A stretch of DNA of 24,838 nt from Candidatus Hydrogenedens sp. (GTDB lineage: Bacteria > Hydrogenedentota > Hydrogenedentia > Hydrogenedentales > Hydrogenedentaceae), in contig JBMFRC010000031.1 in the NCBI GenBank assembly GCA_049968235.1, forward strand, positions 1 to 24,838, read 5' to 3'. Within the stretch, counting starts at the first letter, position 1; every line of letters begins with the position of its first letter. Positions 17,121-24,838 of this stretch are shown here, piece by piece. Below the pieces are notes generated by a model that saw only the letters and a program-made list of their open reading frames with translations, searched no databases and had not been told where the DNA came from. Both the position numbers and the translations under genes were made by a program.

Positions 17121-18485
17121 TTAGGCAGGAATAGCCCATCCTTCTCTGTAAGGTTTTGTTAACATGGCATTCGCTTCATCATCACCAATAAATTTTCCTT
17201 CTGCCATATTGTATGTAACTTTTCGATTTAATCTTTGAGCAATACAACCTAAAAGGACAACTTCTGTAAGAGGTGCAGCATAATCGAAGTTTGAGCAAGC
17301 GGGTTCTCCTCCTTTGCATGCTTCAAGCCAGTTACGATAATGGTTTGACCCGCTGATGCGTGGAATCATAGGATTCGGTTTTTTATAATCATTCATACGC
17401 GATTCCGGCAGTAATCTTGCTTTCCCGCCATATTCACCTGCAGTGAGGTATCCATGGGTTCCGATAAATAAAGAACCATTATCTCCATCACCGATAGTTT
17501 CTTCTGCAGGAATGTCTGCAGGTCGCTGAGGTTTATTTCCTTTGTCATACCAATAAATGTCCACAGGACCCATATCCTCTCGTTCAGAGAAATGATATTT
17601 CACAACAGACTGAATAGGATAGGTCTGGGTATTATGTCCTTCAATTTGAATAATTTCAATCGTAACATCTTTAGCCTTGTCTAATTTGAGAGACCAGAAT
17701 GCAGGGTCCATGATATGGCAACCCATATCTCCAAGGGCACCACAACCAAAATCAAACCATCCACGCCAGTTATGAGGGGCATATCCATGATTATAAGGAC
17801 GCATTGGAGCCGGACCTATCCACAAATTCCAATCCATTGAAGGTGGAATGGGTTCTTCGGGTAATGGGTTTGGAACTCCATGAGACCAACCTCCACGAGG
17901 ACGGTCTGTCCAGATATGGGCCTCCTTTACCTGTCCTATCGCTCCTGTCCATATCATTTCACATACTTCCCTTGCTCCCACACCCGAATGTCCTTGATTC
18001 CCCATTTGTGTGGCTACTTTCATTTCCCGAGCTACCTTGCGAAGAAGTTTGGCTTCTGCAATGGTATGAGTCATCGGCTTCTGAACATAGACATGTTTCC
18101 CCAATTTTATAGCGGTGTATGCAATTGTAGCATGCGAATGGTCAGGCGTCGAAATGGTAACGGCGTCAATATCTTTACCCATTTCATCAAACATCTTCCG
18201 AAAATCCTGATAGACCTTTGCCTGGGGAACTTTTTTAATAGTTTCACTGGCATAGTCAAGGTCAACATCACACAGGGCAACAATATTTTCACGCGAACAA
18301 GAAAGAATGTCTTCTCTTCCTTTACCACCGATACCAATACCTGCTAAGTTTAATTTTTCATTCGGTGAAAGTTTCCGGGGAACAACTTTCGCAGTATTCG
18401 GTTTGTCCTTTGCAAAAGCACTTCCCATGGCTGTGCATGTAGTAACGGCAAGAAAAACTCGTCTTGTTATTTCATCTTTTTTCAT
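17121..18485 (-). CDS. Tat-exported Gfo/Idh/MocA family oxidoreductase (GH109-like architecture)
   Basis: Twin-arginine signal TRRVFLAVTTCTAMGSAFA; Rossmann NLAGIGIGGKG; QKP variant of EKP motif. Start at ATG 18485 with GGAGGA SD 9 nt upstream (track begins at TTG 18500 overlapping the SD). Confidence 0.8.
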   Translation of the reverse strand: MKKDEITRRVFLAVTTCTAMGSAFAKDKPNTAKVVPRKLSPNEKLNLAGIGIGGKGREDILSCSRENIVALCDVDLDYASETIKKVPQAKVYQDFRKMFDEMGKDIDAVTISTPDHSHATIAYTAIKLGKHVYVQKPMTHTIAEAKLLRKVAREMKVATQMGNQGHSGVGAREVCEMIWTGAIGQVKEAHIWTDRPRGGWSHGVPNPLPEEPIPPSMDWNLWIGPAPMRPYNHGYAPHNWRGWFDFGCGALGDMGCHIMDPAFWSLKLDKAKDVTIEIIQIEGHNTQTYPIQSVVKYHFSEREDMGPVDIYWYDKGNKPQRPADIPAEETIGDGDNGSLFIGTHGYLTAGEYGGKARLLPESRMNDYKKPNPMIPRISGSNHYRNWLEACKGGEPACSNFDYAAPLTEVVLLGCIAQRLNRKVTYNMAEGKFIGDDEANAMLTKPYREGWAIPA

Positions 18486-18860
18486 TAATAATTCCTCCAA
18501 AATAATTGTGGATTGTTATTAGAACAGATGTAATACAGACAAAAAAATATTATAAATGGTGTCATATTTATTATATAACAATACCATATTTCATAGCTAA
18601 AAGGGATAAGGGAAAGTTATGAGTTTTATAAAAAATGAAAATTTTTTATTAATTTTTTTTAATTATTTACAAAAAAAAAAAGCGACACTCTTAATTTGAT
18701 AAAAAATCTTCGCATATGATGCTTTGTAAACCCGCATTAATTGAGCCTGAAAACGATGTGGAATAATTGAAAAAGTTTTTAAAAAATTTTGTAACTTTTA
18801 ATTTGATTTTTCGTATTAAATTTTGTAACATTTTTACCAATTTAAATTAATATGCCTACA

Positions 18861-18986
18861 TATCTCCGTGTGATATGGAGGTGGCACAAGCCGACCCCAA
18901 GCCCTAAGCTCCGATAGTGAGGCGACCAGCGTAAGGCGGCAACGCGGTACCAACTAAACCATTAACCCTATAGGAGGGTTTATGAA
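18861..18986 (+). promoter_or_regulatory. GC-rich (about 55-60% GC) candidate structured 5' leader / possible riboswitch upstream of speH
   Basis: About 125 nt GC-rich island in an otherwise about 20% GC spacer, immediately upstream of the speH start; contains short hairpins (CTCC..GGAG at 18864-18879; CCCTataggAGGG overlapping the SD). No Rfam class recognised by eye. Confidence 0.3.
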
Positions 18987-19394
18987 TTGCACAAGGGCAT
19001 GCATCTTATTATCGATTGTCGGAATGTGTCGCGCGACCTATGCTTAAATGATAAGCTAGTGTTAAATGCGATGGCTCGTGCAGCAGAGAGAGCCGGCGCG
19101 ACTGTAATTTCACAAGTTCGTTACAAGTTTGGCAGTGATTCGCCCCCCGGATTTGCCGCCTTGGTTATGCTGGATGAAAGCCATTGCTCCGCTCATACCT
19201 ATGCGGATTTGGGACTCATTGCAATGGATATTTTCACCTGCGGGAAAACAGACCCTCGTGTCGTGTTTCGTTACATCCGTGAAGAATTGGATTTAGGCGA
19301 TGTTACGATTCGCGAATTGCCGAGGTTTTCTGTTCAGGAAGAAGATTCCTCCGCAATTACTAAAATTGAGTCCTTCGCAATGGTAGGACATTAA
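18987..19394 (+). CDS. speH: S-adenosylmethionine decarboxylase proenzyme (small pyruvoyl-dependent SpeH/SpeD type)
   Basis: About 130 aa; LDESHCSAHTYAD matches the SAMDC self-cleavage motif (E-S, Ser becomes pyruvoyl). TTG start 18987 is 8 nt from GGAGGG SD; alternative ATG at 18999. Confidence 0.8.
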   Translation: MHKGMHLIIDCRNVSRDLCLNDKLVLNAMARAAERAGATVISQVRYKFGSDSPPGFAALVMLDESHCSAHTYADLGLIAMDIFTCGKTDPRVVFRYIREELDLGDVTIRELPRFSVQEEDSSAITKIESFAMVGH

Positions 19395-19604
19395 TTATTT
19401 TTTTTCTAGGCTTAAGTGGATTATTCCATTTTCAGAATGGAGAAGTGTCTCTATTTTCATTTGAGATGGAATAAAAAATATATACACATAAGCAATGTAG
19501 TGGTGTGTCTGCCTTTATTCCTGGTAAATAAGTGTTTTCCAATAAAGGTATGTCATTCTAAATTATTTTTGTAAATTTAAGTCTTTCAAAGGAGAAAAAA
19601 AATA

Positions 19605-20681
19605 ATGAATCGCAAATTACATGATGGGCGACATGATGGGTTAATGCCTCTTGAAAGTTTAGACCTTTCTAAAGTCTATCGTTTCACTGATTTAATAAAA
19701 GCCATGCGAAAAACTTCTTTTGGTGGACGGACATTGGGGGAAGCCTTTGAAGTTTTATTGGAAATGTTTCGGGATGAAGATTGTACAGTTGTGTTGACAC
19801 TTTCCGGTGCAATGACCGTTGCAAAACAGGGAATGATTATCTGTGAAATGATAGACCGCGGTCTGGTTCAGGCAGTTATCGCAACCGGTGCATTAATTGC
19901 ACATGGTGTAACAGAAAGTATCGGTCTTACTCATTATGCCGTTAATCCGAATATTGATGATAAAGAACTATTTGAGAAAGGCTACAATCGTGTATATGAT
20001 ACCTTGGAGATGGAGGCAAATCTTAACGATGTATGTGAAGTAGTGGGACGAGTTCTGGATGAAGTTACACCGGAAGATGGTGTATGGTGTTCCCACCGTT
20101 TTTGTCGTGCGGTCGGTCAGGAATTAGAACGATTAAATCACGGGCCAGGGATATTAAGAAGTGCCTATCAGAAAAATGTGCCGGTATATATCCCCGCATT
20201 TACAGATAGCGAAATGGGTCTGGACTTCTCTACATGGGCAATGAAAAAAACTATCCAACAGAAACAAAACAAAAAATGGGACCCCGAAGAATTATTTCAA
20301 GCAGTTCCCAATTTTAACCCATTCCTGGACTTGCAACATTATGCTCGCTTAATTGGCAGGTCAAAACGGTTAGGTATTTTAACTATTGGAGGAGGTGTCC
20401 CACGTAATTGGGCTCAACAAGTCGGACCTTACTATGATATAACATCCGTTCGTTTGGATGTAGAGATACCACAACCTCGTTTCCAATATGGTGTTCGTAT
20501 TTGTCCGGAGCCTGTGCATTGGGGGGGATTGTCCGGTTGCACCTATTCCGAAGGCGTCAGTTGGGGTAAGTTTGTGCCTACCGAAGAAGGAGGGAGATAT
20601 GCAGAAGTCCTTGCAGACGCAACCATTATTTTACCTTTCCTGATGAAATGTGTGTTTGAGGAATTGGATAATGCTTCGTAA
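19605..20681 (+). CDS. Deoxyhypusine synthase family protein (divergent DHS-like; possible homospermidine synthase or related aminobutyl transferase)
   Basis: [23 protein letters not shown] aligns with human DHS [33 protein letters not shown] aligns with DHS [16 protein letters not shown] aligns with GGGVVKHH. AAAGGAG SD. Confidence 0.7.
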   Translation: [358 protein letters not shown]

Positions 20682-20693
20682 GGGAAATAAGGA

Positions 20694-21605
20694 ATGAGTC
20701 GAAAAATAGAATTTATGAATGAGAAAGAAAACTTTCTGGCTCTGTCCAGAGAATTTTCTCATCCCAACACCGCAAAGGTCATTATCCTACCCATCCCTTT
20801 TGAGAAAACTTCCACTTTTGGAAAAGGTTCAAAAAGAGGACCTGAAGCCATTATTCATGCATCGCATGAAGTTGAATTGTACGATACTGTTTTAGGATTT
20901 GAACCGTATCGGACTTGTGGAGGTATTGCCACATTGACACCTTTGAAAGTCAAAGAGCATTCCGGTGAAAAATTAGCAAAAGTGCTGGAAGAGAAAGTTA
21001 ACTATTGGCTGGAACAGGATAAGTTTGTTATTACAATAGGAGGAGAGCATTCAAGTATCATCGGTTCGGTATATGCTCATACAAAGAAGTATAAACCCAT
21101 TACAGTAATTCAACTGGATGCTCATAGTGATTTGCGAAGTTCCTATCTGGGTGAAAAATGGAACCATGCTTGTGCTATGGCACGGATTTTAGACCGTCAT
21201 GACGGAAATTTAGTTCAGATTGGAATACGAAGTGAAGCCCCCGAAGAACCTGCTATTATTAAAACATTAGGGAACCGAATATCTACTTTTTATGCTCATA
21301 AAATACACAAAGAAGGAGATAAAATATTTGCAAAGATTTTAAATGAATTGTCTGAATATGTATATATAACTTTCGATTGTGATGTCTTTGATCCGAGTAT
21401 CATCCCATCAACAGGAACACCGGAACCGGGAGGGTTATATTGGGAATGGGTTAATCGTTTTTTTGAGATACTTTCCCGCCACAAAAAAATTGTAGGATTT
21501 GATGTAAGTGAATTGAGTCCTATCCGAAATTTACATTACCCACAGTTCACAATTGCAAAAATGATATATCGCCTTATTGGATATACCTTCCCCGCTAAGA
21601 AATAA
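20694..21605 (+). CDS. speB: Agmatinase/ureohydrolase (arginase family)
   Basis: Arginase-family metal-binding motifs GGEHS, DAHSD, SFDCDVFDPS, GTPEPGG; 12-bp gap after DHS-like gene (operon). Confidence 0.85.
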   Translation: MSRKIEFMNEKENFLALSREFSHPNTAKVIILPIPFEKTSTFGKGSKRGPEAIIHASHEVELYDTVLGFEPYRTCGGIATLTPLKVKEHSGEKLAKVLEEKVNYWLEQDKFVITIGGEHSSIIGSVYAHTKKYKPITVIQLDAHSDLRSSYLGEKWNHACAMARILDRHDGNLVQIGIRSEAPEEPAIIKTLGNRISTFYAHKIHKEGDKIFAKILNELSEYVYITFDCDVFDPSIIPSTGTPEPGGLYWEWVNRFFEILSRHKKIVGFDVSELSPIRNLHYPQFTIAKMIYRLIGYTFPAKK

Positions 21606-21619
21606 TAAGGATACGAATT

Positions 21620-22600
21620 TTAATCTTGCATTGTCCCTGAAAGTCGTTTTCGTAAATTATCGTAGAACACAAGAATTACAAGGAGCGTTCCAACAAATAC
21701 CTGTTGCCAATAAGTATTAATGTTTTCGATATTACAAAAGTTTCGGAGTACCATAATGATTAAAGCACCGGCTAATGCAGAGATAGCCCCTCCTTCACCG
21801 CCCATAAGGCTTGCCCCACCAATTACACACGCAGCAATAGCGTCCAATTCATAAGTTTCTGCAGCTTTCGGGTCCGCAACACTGGTTCGAGAAGCAAGAA
21901 CAAGTCCTGCCAATCCTGCCATAGTACCACAAAGGATATAAGCAATTGTGCGAACCAGTTCCACGCGAATACCCGAAAGTCTTGTTGCTGTTATGTTCCC
22001 ACCGATGGCATATAAGGCTCTACCGAATCGTGTCATCGTTAGAACAAATGCAAAAATCAAAGCCAGTCCACCGGTAATTGAAACGGGTATCCACCAATAT
22101 AATGTACCTCCAAGCCATGAAAAATCCGGTGGTAAACCAAAAATGGTTTGTGCACCACTAATGACCAGTGTAACACCGCGTGCCGCCATCATCATCCCTA
22201 ATGTGGCAATAAAGGGTGGAATTTTACCGCGTGTGATGAGTAAACCGTTTATTAAACCGGCAAAAGCACCACAACCCATTCCTACAACAATCCCGATAAC
22301 AATAACAAAATATCCCGGATAGTGTGCCTGATATAAATATTTCATAATCAGACACGCACTCATACTTGCAAACGCAGAAACACTACCTACGGATAAATCA
22401 ATTCCCGCCGTCAGGATAACCAACAATTCGCCGACACAAAGAATACCGATAACAGAAGTGCGATATGCTACACTTACCAGATTATCATATTTGCGGAAAT
22501 CCGGCGAAATAACAGCGAGAATAATACACAGAATTGCAAAAATAATTAAAGGAGATTGTCGCGATATAGTCCTTTTGACTCGGCTAAATTCTTTAGACAT
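21620..22600 (-). CDS. Sugar ABC transporter permease (RbsC/AraH-like, COG1172)
   Basis: 326 aa polytopic; GIDLSVGS and ELDAIAACVIGGASLMGGEGG blocks typical of ribose/arabinose ABC permeases; AAGGAGAAG SD. Confidence 0.85.
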   Translation of the reverse strand: MSKEFSRVKRTISRQSPLIIFAILCIILAVISPDFRKYDNLVSVAYRTSVIGILCVGELLVILTAGIDLSVGSVSAFASMSACLIMKYLYQAHYPGYFVIVIGIVVGMGCGAFAGLINGLLITRGKIPPFIATLGMMMAARGVTLVISGAQTIFGLPPDFSWLGGTLYWWIPVSITGGLALIFAFVLTMTRFGRALYAIGGNITATRLSGIRVELVRTIAYILCGTMAGLAGLVLASRTSVADPKAAETYELDAIAACVIGGASLMGGEGGAISALAGALIIMVLRNFCNIENINTYWQQVFVGTLLVILVFYDNLRKRLSGTMQD

Positions 22601-22622
22601 ATAAAAAACTTCTCCTTACAAA

Positions 22623-24035
22623 TTAGCTACTATGATAGTATACATCCCAACCTAAATATTTTTCCCATGCTTCATAGACGCTCTGGGCTACTTTATCTAA
22701 TGTTACCGCAACATGATGTTCAAAACCATCTACACAAATAAAATGAAGTAATGATTGAAGATTTGAAATCCTGGCTACTCCATATCCACCAAAAGATTTC
22801 ACACGGTCATTAATAAAAACACCTTCCCCAACATAGCCCTGTATTTCTCCTAAATCTTCGCGTGTTCCCATGCGAGCAAAAGTCATAGGAGCAGGTATAA
22901 TTTGCCCTGTTACAGTGCCATAGGTATTATCTTTACCTACAGAACTTGCTATTATGGCTTGATAATCCATCTCCGGCTTTTTGAAGAAGGATTTGGGTAA
23001 ATTAGAACAATGAAACATAACACAGCTATCAGGGTCATCGTTGTAATTGTTGTTCCAATCCAATAAGGCACTGGGTCGTTGGGATGCTAAAGATAACGAA
23101 TACATAGAGACAGCCCCACACACATCTACTTCACAGGCACTGGGGATTAATCGTTCACTGAGCATGCTCATACATGTGCAAGGGACGACCCCAAAATAGG
23201 TTTCTAATGCAGTCCAGCATTGTATTGCAGTAGCATTCAGCTCCTTTTCTTGAATCCACCGTTCCGTTACAATTGCAAATCGTGCCATGCGGTCTATTGC
23301 CCTGGCAGGGGTTCCTTTTATAGAAATGTATTCCGATATTTCTTTACATTTATCTTTTAATTCTTTATCATGCTCGGATATTTTTTCTGCCTGCCCTAAT
23401 ATTTCCGATAGGTCAATAGTCTCTATCGTAATGCCATAATTTTCAAGTAATTTTTCACTATATCGCACCGTATTAAATGCAGAAGGTCTTGCCCCCATCG
23501 ACCCAATACGGGCATTTTTTAAACCACGAATAACACGACAGGTCCCTGCAAAAGTTTGCAGGTCCAATAAAAATTCTTTTGAACATAACGATTCTGTATG
23601 GAAAGTTGTTAATGTAAAGGGAATACGATATTGATTTAAATTTGAACAAACACTAATTTTCCCACAAAACGAATCTCTCCGTCGTTCAATACCCATAGCA
23701 TTAGTATTATCAGGCTCTGCATGAATTAATACAGGCACTTGAAGATTTGCCAGACGAAGTGTATCCGCAACTGCTCGCTCATCACCGAAATTCGGTAATG
23801 TAACAATAACTCCATCAATCTCATCACGGTGTTTTCGAAACAAATTTGCGCATTTTTTTGCATCTTCCCATGTTTCTACTGCACCATATTTTGTGTCTTC
23901 CTGATTAAGAACAACAACCCCAAAACCTAATTTTTTCAAAAGTTTTTTAATCTCTGCATGTCCCTCTTGTGCAAGAATATCCGGGAAAAAACCTCTATTT
24001 CCCACGATAACTCCAAAAGTTATATCCTTTTTCAT
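22623..24035 (-). CDS. L-fucose isomerase-like (COG2407-type) protein
   Basis: 470 aa; ITFGVIVGNRGFF N-terminus and HHVAVTLDKV C-terminal block resemble FucI; AAGGAA SD 8 nt upstream; 22 bp upstream of the permease (operon). Confidence 0.6.
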   Translation of the reverse strand: MKKDITFGVIVGNRGFFPDILAQEGHAEIKKLLKKLGFGVVVLNQEDTKYGAVETWEDAKKCANLFRKHRDEIDGVIVTLPNFGDERAVADTLRLANLQVPVLIHAEPDNTNAMGIERRRDSFCGKISVCSNLNQYRIPFTLTTFHTESLCSKEFLLDLQTFAGTCRVIRGLKNARIGSMGARPSAFNTVRYSEKLLENYGITIETIDLSEILGQAEKISEHDKELKDKCKEISEYISIKGTPARAIDRMARFAIVTERWIQEKELNATAIQCWTALETYFGVVPCTCMSMLSERLIPSACEVDVCGAVSMYSLSLASQRPSALLDWNNNYNDDPDSCVMFHCSNLPKSFFKKPEMDYQAIIASSVGKDNTYGTVTGQIIPAPMTFARMGTREDLGEIQGYVGEGVFINDRVKSFGGYGVARISNLQSLLHFICVDGFEHHVAVTLDKVAQSVYEAWEKYLGWDVYYHSS

Positions 24036-24074
24036 TTTTCAATTCCTTTATCTATTTTTCAATTCCTTTATCTA
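24035..24074. repeat. Perfect 20-bp tandem duplication (TTTTTCAATTCCTTTATCTA x2) covering the RBS/start of the fucose-isomerase-like gene
   Basis: Read directly; copy 1 (24035-24054) includes the last base of the start codon and the AAGGAA SD (minus-strand sense); copy 2 (24055-24074) lies immediately upstream. Confidence 0.85.
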
Positions 24075-24809
24075 AATGTTTCTAATAATATACTACTATA
24101 GGAGATATCTGAATAAATCGTATAAGGTTTATATAATACTTATTTGTATAACAAAAATAAAATTATAGAGACAAGCAGATATAATGGATTATGTTAATAT
24201 ATAAGAACATCCTCTATCAATACCCTTTAAACACAAGCCAGATGCCCTATGTTCTCATTTTAATTTATTTCTTATTTGCAAATTCACAATTGAATTACTA
24301 TATATCGGCGAAATATCTTTCACCCTAATGTAGAACAGGTAGTCTTACCCTTATTTCTACAAGCACAAGCAAGATTGCTTGTGTTCATATTGCAAAGTAG
24401 CACAATTGATACGATTGAACTCGCCTTATGGTGTAAACATTCCTGCCTATGAATGTATATGTAGAGGAAGATAAATACAGTCGAAAACGAACAGTATTGC
24501 TCCTACTCCCTTACCCTACCATTAGTAGATAAATATGCGGTCCTGATTTTTCGAATACATCTCTAAATCTCTTACTCCTCTATTCCCTGCTCCTCCTGAC
24601 TGTAGATGAATATGTGGCAGAAGATAAACATAGACAGGGATGTTTGTGCTACTTTTTTGCATTTATTTATGCTGAAAAAAATATTTTAAAATTTTTTCAC
24701 AAAATGCTGGACATATGAAAAAAAAAAATGCTAAACTATAGGTATTGGAAAGTTGAATAACAAAGTAGTAGTCAATCAAACCAGAACCATCAAAATAAGG
24801 AGACCTGCC

Positions 24810-24838
24810 ATGCGTATCACAAACTTCATCAAAAATTA
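24810..24838 (+). CDS. Hypothetical protein, N-terminal fragment (MRITNFIKN..., continues beyond window)
   Basis: ATG at 24810 preceded by AAGGAG SD about 8 nt upstream; runs off the window. Confidence 0.3.

Noticed and set aside
17804-18347. Antisense ORFs (102 and 155 aa) inside the Tat-oxidoreductase gene; similar embedded ORFs at 4609-4944, 10303-10833, 21948-22322, 15633-15908, 12428-12724
   Set aside because: Fully nested on the opposite strand of well-supported genes, no SDs, compositionally odd; typical shadow ORFs.
18875-18907. 10-codon uORF (MEVAQADPKP) in the speH leader as an independent gene
   Set aside because: No SD; retained only as a possible regulatory uORF within the leader finding, not as a protein-coding feature.
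1-24838. Looked for CRISPR arrays, transposases/integrases, toxin-antitoxin pairs, restriction-modification or other defence genes
   Set aside because: None found; no spaced direct-repeat arrays, no recombinase motifs, no phage structural genes. The window looks like core/accessory metabolic chromosome rather than a mobile island.

Overview
The window is AT-rich chromosomal DNA: coding sequence is roughly 40-45% GC and several intergenic spacers are about 20-25% GC. It carries about 20 genes and no transposase, integrase, CRISPR array, tRNA or rRNA. The identifiable genes are mostly metabolic. On the minus strand there are two short operons: a PIG-L-family deacetylase with a NagB-like deaminase, and thyX with a monomeric B12-dependent ribonucleotide reductase. 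Plus-strand genes include a membrane-anchored penicillin/AHL-acylase-family hydrolase, an orphan pilT co-directional with a Gfo/Idh/MocA oxidoreductase and a fucose-isomerase-like protein, an isopropylmalate-dehydrogenase-family enzyme and an EamA transporter. The remaining minus-strand genes are a cyclase, an HD-GYP protein, a Tat-exported Gfo/Idh/MocA oxidoreductase, and a second fucose-isomerase-like gene with a lone sugar ABC permease. The most coherent candidate system is a polyamine module. It consists of speH (SAM decarboxylase), a divergent deoxyhypusine-synthase-like gene and an agmatinase-family gene. A GC-rich, apparently structured 5' leader precedes the module. The DHS-like protein appears to carry Arg where the catalytic Lys is expected, which needs alignment confirmation. 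Five intergenic spacers of 300-750 bp are unusually long and AT-rich. They contain a 30-bp perfect palindrome overlapping a promoter-like element, three poly-A tracts of 11-14 nt, a 20-bp tandem duplication covering a ribosome-binding site, degenerate 40-bp direct repeats, and a roughly 25-bp motif shared between the two ends of the window. All functional calls are by-eye motif recognition without database searches.
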